From Toensbergia leucococca (taxonomy: Eukaryota): a stretch of DNA of 47,681 nucleotides. How positions within the stretch are numbered: position 1 is the stretch's first letter; each line of letters starts with the position of its first letter. The stretch covers positions 1 through 47,681 of the forward strand of contig JALDZS010000179.1 of assembly GCA_022813965.1 (NCBI GenBank). Direction: 5' to 3'. The notes under the pieces were generated by a model that worked only from the letters and a program-made list of their open reading frames with translations, was not told the DNA's origin and ran no database searches. The translations under genes were made by a program, and so were the position numbers. Positions 1-11,385 of the stretch are shown in pieces.

Positions 1-593
1 GGGAAAGACAGCGCAAGATTTTGCTCGAGAAATATGGTGGAGACCAGCATCTCCAGTCTTCAAAGCTGCGCGATACAGCCGTTGTTGAGAACGAGCGCTA
101 CATTGAGTATGATGCTACTGGAGCAATAAAGGGTGCCCCGAAAGCAGCGACTACATCGAAATATCCGGAGGACATCCTCATCAACAATCATACCTCAGTA
201 TGGGGAAGCTGGTGGGCGAATTTCGAGTGGGGTTATGCCTGTTGTCATTCTCTGGTGAAAAACAGTTATTGTACTGGTGAAGAGGGCAAGAAAGCGTTCG
301 AAGAAGCAAGTCATGCACGAGTAGGCGGGGAGTTGGAGGAAACGTCTTCAAGTAGGGCAATCGGATGGGAACGTGATAATATAGACGCTGCCACTCAAGC
401 CGACAAAGGCTCTACACTAAAGGACGAAATACACGTCGAGGCAAAAGGTGATGGGGTCTCAAAGAAGAGGACATTGACCGAGATGAAAGGTGGGGTTAGC
501 GAAGAAGAACTCGAGGCATACAAGAAATCGAGAGCGGTGGCTGATGATCCCATGGCCAATTTCCTAGGGAAAGATGAGTTGGTTCATTGTTAG
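1..593 (+). CDS. SLU7: Pre-mRNA splicing factor Slu7, C-terminal part (5' end outside window)
   Basis: Motif [20 protein letters not shown]...[18 protein letters not shown] and C-terminal EEELEAYK...DDPMA typical of Slu7; stop at 591-593. Confidence 0.93.
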   Translation, partial: ERQRKILLEKYGGDQHLQSSKLRDTAVVENERYIEYDATGAIKGAPKAATTSKYPEDILINNHTSVWGSWWANFEWGYACCHSLVKNSYCTGEEGKKAFEEASHARVGGELEETSSSRAIGWERDNIDAATQADKGSTLKDEIHVEAKGDGVSKKRTLTEMKGGVSEEELEAYKKSRAVADDPMANFLGKDELVHC

Positions 594-844
594 CTGTTTC
601 CCAATGCTTGCATAGCGAAGGCGTTCGAGTAACGAGTAGCATCATCTATAAAGGCTTTCAAATTCACTCCGTGATCAAATCATGATGTTGTGAAGTTCAT
701 TTTTTCTCAGTGCGGATGGAGTCAATGTATTCTCCTTGTACGGAGTACTAAGCCATAAAATTCTCGTCCTTGGTCTATTGTAATCATTGTTTCAAGCTTC
801 GCTCTCATCTCAGCAACATCTCTTGAAACCATACAATTACACGT

Positions 845-1780
845 TTACTCTTCTTCGTCCTCTGCGCCCTCATCGTCCTTCTTCTCTGCGGCCTTAGACT
901 TCTTCCTTCTAACGCGCCCAGGACGTCCACCCCCGAAGGGCGAAGTAAGGGCAAAGTCGATATGCTTCTGAGAGTCGAGACGGACTACGAAGGATGGAAC
1001 ATTGACAATCTGTTTACCGACACTATAGACCATCCAAATTAATTCTAATGTACATCGTAGCAAGGGCAGGAATATTACGTACCGAATATGTCTCTGCCTA
1101 ATCAAGACACGAGCATGATGGATACTCTTAGCCAAACCTAGCTTGTAGACACAAGTCTGTAGTCTGCGCTCCAGAAAGTCTTCGACCTTGAGTGCCAAAA
1201 CGTAATCGAGCTTCATACGAGACTCATCGAGCACACCGACACGGACGAGGCGGCGAATGAGCGCATTTCCTTCAAAAAGACGCTTGGGATCTTTTTCGTC
1301 GAGAGTGAGCAGTTGACTGTATAGAAAATGATTAGCTGCTTACGCTATTCACATGGGGAAACGAAAAGAAATGGTTTTACCGGGCCGCACGACGGATCTT
1401 GGAAAGGGTGAGCATGACACGCCACACTTCGCGCTTGTTGCGAAGTCCATATTCGCCAACAATCTTCAGCTCAGAATCTCTGACACTTAATCAGTAGAAA
1501 TCCAATGACTTGAGCAGAGACAAGCTCGTGCTCAGTGGCCGGGCTGTACTGACAGACGAGCTGATTCGAATGCTATGACGAGAATCAGTAAATACTAAGT
1601 TTTAAGCAGGATTCTTTGTAGTCATTACACACGTCTTCTTGGTACAGCAAAGGTTTTACTATAACTCCTCCTGTATCAAGACATTAGCATTTGTTGAGGC
1701 TGTCAAGTTGGGCCTTTTGTCTTATTTCCTCTATTTAAAGAGGGTTAGGGTTACTTCAAAAGACAGACTTACGGAGCCAT
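845..1780 (-). CDS. RPS9: 40S ribosomal protein S9 (uS4), 6 exons
   Basis: Exons 1780-1773, 1670-1633, 1572-1554, 1479-1381, 1316-1083 and 1022-845 splice to [43 protein letters not shown]...ERRLQT...[27 protein letters not shown]; all introns GT-AG. Confidence 0.97.
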
Positions 1781-1925
1781 GTTGGTACCTCACTGGGACT
1801 GGGGAAGTTGATGGTTCAGTCTGATGTGTATCCGTATGAAGCACGATAGTCTGATGGTACGTGTTATGATTCGAAAGCTCCTTCGAGGAGATGGGAGTTG
1901 AAATGCTGTGAAGTTTGTGTAGTGT

Positions 1926-1956
1926 CTCGCTTAATTTAGATGCTTAAATTAGCGAG
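1926..1956. promoter_or_regulatory. Imperfect palindrome in the RPS9/RPL21 bidirectional promoter
   Basis: CTCGCTTAATTT-agatgctt-AAATTAGCGAG: arms are reverse complements apart from one extra T. It lies near the middle of the 371-bp gap between the two start codons. Function is inferred. Confidence 0.35.
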
Positions 1957-2151
1957 GCCCCGACGCACTTAGATATTACTTCCTCCCAAATCGTAAAATG
2001 ATACATCATTTCCTGAGGATCTCAACGAGGTAAGAAGAACATTCTTGGACTACTAGCCAATCATACTTTGGAGATATTGATCCACTAACTATTCATAAGC
2101 AGCACGTTGACAAATTAGACGACTTCACCACCACTAAGATCTGAAGCAACG

Positions 2152-2757
2152 ATGGGACACTCGGCCGGTCTTCGTGCGGGGACTCGCTATGCGTTCAGTC
2201 GCGACTTCAAGCGAAAAGGAATGATCAAACTCTCAACTTATCTGAGAGTCTACAAGTATATCTGAAGCGCAGCCCTCGAAATTTTGCACTGACCATGAGA
2301 TAGGGTCGGAGATATTGTCGACATCAAGGCAAACGGAGCCGTTCAAAAGGGGTGAGCTATTCAGTGCTTTTTTAGCTCTCTCTATAAGACATTGGGCACA
2401 AGTGACTAGGTTTAACATGGGTGTAGTATGCCACACAAAGTCTACCACGGCAAGACCGGAGTCATCTACAACGTCACTAAGAGTGCCGTGGGAGTCATCA
2501 TCTACAAGCGGGTTGGCAATCGATACATCGAAAAGCGTGTCAATGTCCGAATCGAGCATGTGTCTTTGTCAAGATCGAGGGAGGAATTTATTCGTCGAGT
2601 CAAAGACAACGCTATCAAGAAGCAGAAAGCTAAGTCGGAAGGAACACACATGTATCTGAAGCGGCAGCCTGCGATGCCGCGAGAGGCACGGACAATCGAT
2701 GCGAAGGACAATGCACCCGAGACCATTACCCCTATTCCATATGAGACCACGATTTAG
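2152..2757 (+). CDS. RPL21: 60S ribosomal protein L21 (eL21), 3 coding exons
   Basis: ATG 2152 gives MGHSAGLRAGTRYAFSRDFKRKGMIKLSTYLRVYK / VGDIVDIKANGAVQKG / MPHKVYHGKTG...PIPYETTI*. Probable 5'UTR intron 2030-2102 (GTAAGA...CTAAC...CAG). Confidence 0.97.
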
Positions 2758-3235
2758 GTGGTTCTTGGGAATTGGTGTCTTTTTGCAGTAGCTAGGAGCG
2801 ATCAAATTTGAGGATCTGCATTATTCATGTGTTAAGCTCCTTTGGACACTCTGTAACCCGATCATATCATTTTCTTGATATCAGTTCTCCTTCGATTCAG
2901 ACTTGTTGCTAATATTCTACAATGACGAGAACGATGCCAAGAAAAGTAGCTTGGAGTAAGCTATCAAGAGCGAAAGCTTTGCACTCACTCTATCAGGAGG
3001 CAAATTTTCTAGGTAAATTATCGTTGAAACATTTGCAACTACTAATTTCCACCGGTGTTCCTCTATCTGTAGAATATAGGGCTGAGCCTCGGCATCACTG
3101 AGCTAAGCCTGAGTAAGAAAAAATTATTCTGCTGAAAGATCAATTACTTAAATTGTGCACAGCAGTAACCTCCGTGTACACCTCCAATACTTTTGTAGGT
3201 TACGTGCTCAGCGCGCGATACCTTGCAGCTTGTTC

Positions 3236-4507
3236 ATGACCTTCTCTTCGGCACCCCAGAGTACACCTCAAGCGCAGCTGCGAGGTTCTGAAATCGACGT
3301 ACGCGGGGCTTCTTTAACACAGTCAAGGGAGACTGGGGAAATATATCCGGAAGGTCGCCTCAATGGCTTATCGGTAGTAAGAGGAGATACTCCTGTGGTG
3401 AAGCCATGGGCACACTTTGTTGCCGGCGGGTTTGTCAGACCCTCATTGGATTTTTGGACTGGTAAATACTGATCTGTCCGTGCCCCCTCTAGTGTCGGTG
3501 GTATGACTGCAGCAACACTCACGTCTCCTTTGGACGTTTTGAAAACGCGTCTACAGTCTGATTTCTATCAATCCCAGATCGCTGCCTCACGCATGGCACG
3601 AGGTATACCTCCACCTTCTGAGCTCCCCTTTTTCCGCAGCGCTCTCCTGCACTTTAGCGAAACTTTCCAAATACTATTCTCCATACATCGTGTAGAGGGT
3701 TGGCGAGCCCTGTTCAAAGGTCTTGGACCGAACCTACTTGGCGTCGTGCCTGCGAGGGCCATCAACTTTTATGCATACGGTAATGGCAAACGATACATAA
3801 GTCAAAATTTCAACCATGGACAAGAGGCGGCTTGGGTACATCTATGCGCGGCCGCAAGCGCAGGAATAATCACGAGTACGGTCACCAATCCAATTTGGCT
3901 TGTGAAGACAAGGCTACAACTAGACAAATCCAACGCCGAGAAGACTGGATCGCAGTCGAATCGGCAATACAAAAACTCCTATGACTGTACAATGCAAACA
4001 GTACGGAAAGAGGGTATCAGAGGGTTGTATCGAGGAATGAGTGCAAGTTACCTGGGAGTATCGGAGAGCACGCTTCAGTGGGTCTTGTATGAGCAAATGA
4101 AACTTTATCTCAGCAGGAGGGAGTCCAGGCTTGTTGCTTCTGGTATAGAGCCGACTTTTTGGGACCAGAGTATCAGTTGGGGTGGCAAGATTGGTGCAGC
4201 GGGTAGCGCCAAGTTCTTCGCAGCCATGATCACGTATCCACATGAGGTAGTGCGGACAAGATTACGGCAAGCGCCACTTCAAAATGGTGTTATCAAATAC
4301 ACTGGACTCATTCAGTGCTTCACTACTATTTGGAAGGAGGAAGGCATGGCCTCTCTGTACGGTGGACTCACACCGCATTTGCTTAGGGTTGTGCCAAGTG
4401 CAGCCATAATGTTTGGGATGTAAGTTTAATATTGACTGTCCTTCGAAGGTTTTCTAACCAGCTCTAGGTACGAGGCGATATTGCGCCTCGCTGGTACCCA
4501 GGCCTGA
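3236..4507 (+). CDS. RIM2: Mitochondrial carrier, Rim2-like pyrimidine nucleotide transporter
   Basis: Three carrier signatures (PLDVLKTRLQ, PIWLVKTRLQ, PHEVVRTRLRQ) plus KPWAHFVAGG and GVVPARAINFYAYGNGK; introns 3430-3492 and 4420-4467. Confidence 0.9.
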
Positions 4508-4995
4508 CATACAAATCTTAGTACGGCGTTGTTGATACCAGGCGGATTTGAACATGAATTTATTTATTGATAACCACTCAGCTTCTCATGTAATTCTATT
4601 CGGTTAGTATTTCTAGATCTCGCTCGTTGTACCTTAGTCATGAGGGAGACTTTGACAGATAATCTAAGTATAGAGAGCTGGAAGTTAAATAAAACTCAAT
4701 CAGTTGTCACCTACAGAGTATGAGTGGGTGTAGGCTTCTTGTCCATATCACTTTACCATACTTCAAGGTATCTCATTTTGAGAGCTCCTAAGTAAGGTAC
4801 CTTACCTTACAATTCTCGATTTCCGCTACACATGAGACGAGGAGACTTGCGAATCCTTAAACATGGCATCCGTAGGTATTTATCGATAAGCTTCTTAAGT
4901 CCGGACCGATCACCGACATTCCCGACCAGGGTTTCATTCTTATCCCGAAAACCAAATCACCAAATGCTGCATTTAATTGACACCACTACCGCACC

Positions 4996-7397
4996 ATGAG
5001 TGCTTTAGATAACGCCACACGCAGCGAATCCCCAGATCCTTCAATTCATGCAAGTAATATATATGATACAGGAGGTGCCGAAGGTGAGTGGGTCGACGAA
5101 GAAGATGATGACGACATGGATTTCGAGCCCACAACAGATGATAGTGAAGATGTCGAGTTCTTCGACCTTCAAGAAGATGACGATGGAGACTTTCATGGTA
5201 TGAGACCAACCTCGATTTCATTAGGTATGAGAGACTTCTACGGTCAGTGAATAACCCCTGGAATCTTGTTGAGCAGATGCCGAAGACGGCTTGAGTGGCG
5301 TGGAGATTGAATTCTCCATGGATGATGGTGAAAGCGGAACGCAAGAGGAAGAAGTTGGGAACGAAACAGAAACAGGGGATTCTCCTGTCCAAATAGCTGG
5401 GCCGGGGCAAATACGAGGTGAGTTGCATGCAAGGTCAGGTAAAGAGGCTTGCTTATGCAATCAAAGTCTCTCGGACACATATAATGCAACTATTAGGACA
5501 CGCTGGACTTCGAAGGATCTTTGCAGATCATGGAGGTGCTGGTGTGCGAGTGACCCTAGGTGATGATGATGATAACAACCTGGAGGATGGTTATGGGGGA
5601 CTGGCTCGTCGAAGACGGCGGCCAAAAAGCACTACAAGTCAACTTCCAAAGATACCGAGTGAAGAAGGAGAAAAGTTAATGGAAAGTGGAGTATTTGGAA
5701 GCAACGAGTACTACCAGGATGTCTTGAAGAAACGAAAGACAAAGCTAGCCAGGAGATTGATGAGTAGGGAATTAGGAATCAAGGGCGACTACTCGCAAAG
5801 AGCCAATGCGCTGATATCTCAGGTATCACTAAATTGTAGCGACGCCGTTTTTCAATCACTAGCTTACGAGGTATTCTGCTAGGGTCTTATCCCCTCTTCC
5901 AATGCAGACACCATCATTCATTATAACTCTCGATGTTACTCCGGTCAATTCTCCGAAGATGGCAATTTTTTCTTCTCTTGTGCTCAAGATTTCAAAGTCC
6001 GAATGTACGACACTTCGAACCCATACAGATGGAAATATTATAAGACTGTAGTCTATCCTTATGGTCAATGGACGATTACAGACGCCACACTGAGCCCTGA
6101 CAACAGGTATCTGGCTTACAGCTCCATCCGTAGTATCGTCTGTCTCTCGCCGACAGATCCCGGAGAAAGTGGTGAACCATGGCGATTAGACTTCTCAGAC
6201 ATGGGCGCTGGAGGTAGCAGGCGTGCCTATGGTGGTCACAGTCACTTTGGCGTAAGTGTGCACAGAACCATCGAAGTTGGAGGGAATCTGAAATTAACAA
6301 GCTGAAGATATATTCAATCCGATTTTCCGGAGATGGCCGAGAGATAGTGGCCGGAACATCTGATCATTCAGTCTACGTCTATGATATTGAGTCTCGACGA
6401 TCTATACTCCGAATTCCAGGTCATGATGACGATGTCAACGCTGTCTGCTTTGGAGATACCTCATCACCCCACATACTCTACTCTGGCTCTGATGATACCC
6501 AAATCAAAGTTTGGGACAGGCGCAGTATGGGTGACAGCCGTGAGGCTGGAGTGTTCATGGGCCACACTGAGGGTGTGACTTATGTTGATAGCAAAGGTGA
6601 TGGGAGATACGTGCTCAGTAATGGAAAAGAGCAGACGATGAAGCTCTGGGACCTACGGAAAATGATGCCGACCGAGAAAGCCTCAAAGCTTCACCCGAGA
6701 AATTACACTACACAGTTCGATTATCGCTTTATGGCTTACCCGGAGGAACATTACCAACCACATCCCTATGACTGCTCCCTTGTTACCTATCGAGGCCACC
6801 GAGTCCTAAAAACGCTTATACGATGCCATTTCTCGCCGCCTGGCAGCACCAACTCCAGATATGTCTACTCGGGGAGTGAAGACGGTAGCGTCTATATATA
6901 CAATATGGACGGGACATTGGCGGGCAAAGTCGACGTGGAACACGCGACGCACAACTCCCGGCCCAGGGACCCAGACCTGTACGCCAATACTTACGCAATG
7001 GATGACCGAAGAAGTCGTGGGTCCTGGAAGACTTGCGTGAGGGATGCAAGCTGGCATCCTAACGCGCCTGTAATAGCTGGTATGTTTGCTCTCTGCTTTT
7101 CTTTGTCTGAAATGTTCAAATTTTCATATTAACCTAAATCAAGCTACATCATGGAACGGCTGGGGTATGTCAACGGGGACCTGTACCGTACACAGCTGGA
7201 ACGATGGCGCGGGTGATGACGAAGCGGAGCCAGAAATGGGTTCGCGAGTAGACCAACGCCTCGAGTATGACGAAGATCTGTATGATGACCCACGATCACG
7301 CATTAGCAGGGAGCCAAGCCAGTATACATCACGATTGCGGAGTCAGAGGGTTGCAGCAGCAACAGCGGATGACGACGTAGATGAAGAGACATGGTAG
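4996..7397 (+). CDS. WD40 protein, WDR23/DCAF11 (LEC14B)-like CUL4-DDB1 substrate receptor; multi-exon
   Basis: WD repeats GHDDDVNAVCFGD...SGSDDTQIKVWDRR, GHTEGVTYVDSKGDGRYVLSNGKEQTMKLWDLRKM, TYRGHRVLKTLIRCHFSP and VRDASWHP; acidic N-terminus; GT-AG introns join the ORF pieces. Confidence 0.9.
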
Positions 7398-7681
7398 AGA
7401 TCCATAAACTTTTAAAGAGCAAGAAATGTGTAGTTTAGTGCATTATTAGGAGGCCGTGTTGCATCAGTCTTAATACGTTTATAAATTCCGGCCACAGCTT
7501 CTCTGGATTTAAACTGGAATCATCAACCAAAGTGATCCTTTGCTGTAGGTGGTGTGAAGCAAAGTAGGGTTAGAATAGGGAGGTTTCAAGTAGATGGTAT
7601 ATTCCGGCGCCCACTCCTTTGACTAGCAATGCATGCCTCGTCCCTCCTGCGTGGAGCAAACGCCTTAAAAACGAATTCCTC

Positions 7682-8186
7682 TTACGCCCCCCCAACCAGT
7701 ATGTTGTTGACTGGAATATGTACTACATTTAGGGATAGTCAGCGAGCGAAACCCTCTCTTTACAGTCCTTCAAAATTCCCTGCAGGCCTGTTGTACTAGC
7801 TGTCTAGCATCTTCAGGGAATGGACGTACTCAGTTTGACTACATAACCTTTGAAAATGTCAGCAGGTTTCGGCAAGATGGGAGGACATGTCAATCACCTA
7901 TTGCGCCCATCACTACAAAACCAACTCCGACTGCCTGGGATATTTTAATAAATTCGCGTTTGCTTAAAGTAGTGTAAGTCATCATGGCTCATTTTCATAC
8001 ATTCAGTAAAGCTTACTCGGCTGTATTCACGGCTGTCAGTACACATCTGGCGAATAGCAAATATGGGAGGTCGCATGTAGGAAATAAATCGAAGCACTTA
8101 CGTTTAGTGCACCTATTCAGGAATTGCGTTCCATCCCTCAGGAAATCTCGAGGAATATCAGCTAGTTCTTTCAATTGGTCCGACAT
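7682..8186 (-). CDS. SSS1: Translocon subunit Sec61-gamma (Sss1), 5 exons, absent from the ORF track
   Basis: Exons 8186-8102, 8020-8017 (4 nt), 7962-7898, 7847-7830 and 7722-7682 give MSDQLKELADIPRDFLRDGTQFLNRCTKPDKREFIKISQAVGVGFVVMGAIGYVVKLIHIPVNNILVGGA*. Confidence 0.95.
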
Positions 8187-9152
8187 TGCCTGGTAAGAGA
8201 GAGCGAAATGAGACTATGATAGTAGAGATGTAATGGCTTCGAGAGGTCAAGAGCGTGACTGGAAAAAAATGAAGATTTCTTGGTGACAAGTGAGGATTTT
8301 AGATAGTAACCGGTAAGTGTCATTGTCCATGATGATACCTACGCGTACCTGTGGAGTTTTGCAGCACTGCGGCTCCAAATTAGACTTTCCTCCCTTGCGT
8401 TAGCAGGAACAATCACTCAACTGGCGTACCTTACTCCCTAACTTCACCAGACTTCATCTTCATCACGGTCAACCTCACCCTTCAGTTCCATGTTAATTGT
8501 CCCATCGACAGCTTTTTTGCTCACATAACCATCCTCCTCGTACCTCCTCATCCTACTAGAATTACCCATGAGCTGGGATTCTACTCCTTATCTACTTGAT
8601 CGCACCCCTAGCAAGGCTGAGGGTATTCTCTGATAGGAAGGGACTGACATTGGGGGTCTCACACTTTCGCGTTCTTTCTTCTCCTTTTTCTGGATACTAT
8701 TGGCACAGGGTAATGCAATTCATATGCTAAGAAAGTCATCCAAGCTTACTTTATCGCTGAATCGTGGTGGTGCTACCTCAACTTCATCTTTGCATCTGCC
8801 TGAGAAGGCCAGCTGGTGAAAACATCTGTTGTCCGATTACCAACTGTTCTGTGCAAGAATTCTTCTCTTAATGAGCTTTCTTCGACTGTACGTATGTCTG
8901 ACCGGCCTCCTTGTACACATATGTCCCTTACTGCAGCTGCGTTTGCTTTCGGCATCTGCTAGGCTTAGTTCTGCGCAGAGATCGCCATGGGCGTTGCGAA
9001 TCGCTAGCAGAATCGTTGCCTCCTTCATGGCTAATTCAGTTGCTCGCGCTTCCCAGACCTGTACTTCTACCTCAAGCTCTTCGAGACCAGTATTGATAGA
9101 ACAAATATACAGTCAGGATATTACACTGAGCCTTTGAACGTGTTGGCTCAAG

Positions 9153-10823
9153 ATGGCTACCGAAGAGGATAACTTCGATATTGACATTTACGGTGACGGT
9201 GGTGAGGACTATCAGGAAGATGGCCAAGATGAAACCGAAGTCAAAGTCGAGGAACCATCTCAGCCGACCATTCTTACTGCGGAAGCCATGGTTCCAGAAG
9301 CTGAAAGCCAGACTACCCCTGCGCCGCAAGAAGTGTCCGAGGGCCAAGAAGTACAACAGACCATCAAGCTAGAGAATGGCCATACACAAAGCAGTGATGT
9401 AGCTCAGAAAATCGCAAGTACTGACGACTCCACTCAAGATCCATTACTTCTTCCCAAGCAAGCCCCGCAGACTCAAGGTTTAAAGCGCAAGGACGGCGCT
9501 GATGATAGATTCATCGATCCTGGCGCCACAGCTGCGCTCTTCATCTCAGAGTTGCATTGGTGGATTACTGACGACGATGTTCGCGGTTGGGCAAACCAAA
9601 GCCAATGTGAGGATGAACTTGAAGATATTACCTTCAGTGAACACAAGGTCAACGGGAAAAGCAAAGGGTAAGAAAGTCTTGGCTTCACGAGAATGTCGTC
9701 TTGACTAATGAAATTCTATCCTCCGTGGACCAGACAAGCATATGTCTTATTTAAATCACCGCAAGCAGCAACTGCGGCGAAGCATAAGATCGAGTCCTTC
9801 GGCGAAGGTCAACAATACACCAAGAAGTTTACTGTAAGCTACACAAACCCTTTTACCAATCCCTTCCGCACACTTCCCAAAGACGGACCCTTGCGAAATA
9901 CTACTAGCTTGAGCGCCAATCGATCAACGTCCGGCGGCTACGGCAGTCCTGGGGGCATGAATGGCTTGCCACAACAGCAGTCAAATTTTAATGCGAACAA
10001 TTCGAACGGTGGATATCGTGGTAGTAATCGTGGCGGTTACAACAGTCGAGGAGCTGGTATGAATGGCATGTCAGGTTACAACAACAGGGGAGGATACCAG
10101 CCGCCGATGAGCGGAGGTTTCCAAGGGCAACAGATGGGCGGCTTCCAGAACACACCAATGGGCGCCATACAACCCTACGGTGGCTTTCAGAACCGAGGCG
10201 CGATGATGGGAGGCATGCGGAGCGGACCGATGGGTATGCGAGGCGGGAGAGGAGCAATGAGTCCGAATGGTATGATGGGCATGCCGATGGGTGGGATGGG
10301 CATGGGAGGTATGACTGGGCAGATGAGCGGAATGGGTATGAGTATACCTCAGATGGGCGGAGGGATGGGAATGGGAATGCAAGGTATGCAAGGCTTTTAC
10401 AATCGTCCCGTCACGAACACAGCAACTTTGGTAGGACAATACCCGTCCTCTGGGTACACTGCGTTTCACCCTCCCAATCATGGAGGAGCTCCAGGCAGTA
10501 TGATCAGTCGTACAAGCGATGGTCCAAATGTCCAGCAGCATTGGGGATACAATCCCGCCGGCGTGCAACCCGCACCCGGCTCTACATCAACCCAATTTCC
10601 TTCTTCAGCAAAAGTAGTTTCGACTGCTTTCAATCCTTCACCATCCGTTCACAGTGCAACACTAAATCGCAATGAATCACAACCAGGTCAAGGGGGATTT
10701 CAAGGAGCTCAAGCGCACTACAACCCTGCTTTCTTCCCTCAACAGCAAGGTAGTCAGCAGGGCGTTGGTGCAGGAGACTCAAGCTGGAATCCCCACGGCG
10801 CGAAGCGAACGAGGCAGGAATGA
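9153..10823 (+). CDS. RRM protein with RGG and Met/Gly/Asn-rich tail; Rbp35/CFIm68 (CPSF6)-like polyadenylation factor
   Basis: RRM LFISELHWWITDDDVRGW...ITFSEHKVNGKSKG/QAYV matches the CPSF6-type RRM pattern; intron 9668-9732; RGG repeats; ends WNPHGAKRTRQE. Confidence 0.82.
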
Positions 10824-11385
10824 TTCTGCCATCGTCGAACTAAGTGCACTCTCTTTCAATCGTGGCACAGGGGCTTCTTCGATCGGCCGACGATTTTCGA
10901 TATTAGTCTAGTCGCGACTCTCAAGAGTCGATATTTGGGCTACGGAGCATCTCTCGAAAAGTTCGTAGACAAGGTTAGCTTAAGCCTCGGGATTTCCCTT
11001 ATTGCTGTAATATAAGACTTTTTCATTCGGATCCCTGGTGCGGTAAACAAGGTTGGATTTATTTATGGTTGCTTGCAAGGCGTTGGCAGCATGTACCTAG
11101 GTTTGTCGATCTAGGAAGGGAAGGAAAAGCACGGCGAGCGACAGGTGTCTTCAATCAAAGGCTGCTCTTTCTCTCCCAACAGACTAAGCTTTGGTGTCAT
11201 AAATCACAACAGAATAGGCCTCTTTCCTTCTTCTCATCCACTTCTCCCGCGTCTATTACACTCTGAAGCTGCAGATATATATTTTCTGTTGATGCAACGT
11301 GTGAGTTTAATTTCTGTTATAACGCTACTCACACCGATATTTAAGGAAACGCTATAATCAACCTCCCTGTTTTACTCCGCCGACA

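Noticed and set aside
1800..2030. ATGA/CTGA motifs suggesting a C/D-box snoRNA near the ribosomal protein genes
   Set aside because: Box spacing and terminal stem unconvincing; no rRNA guide recognised.
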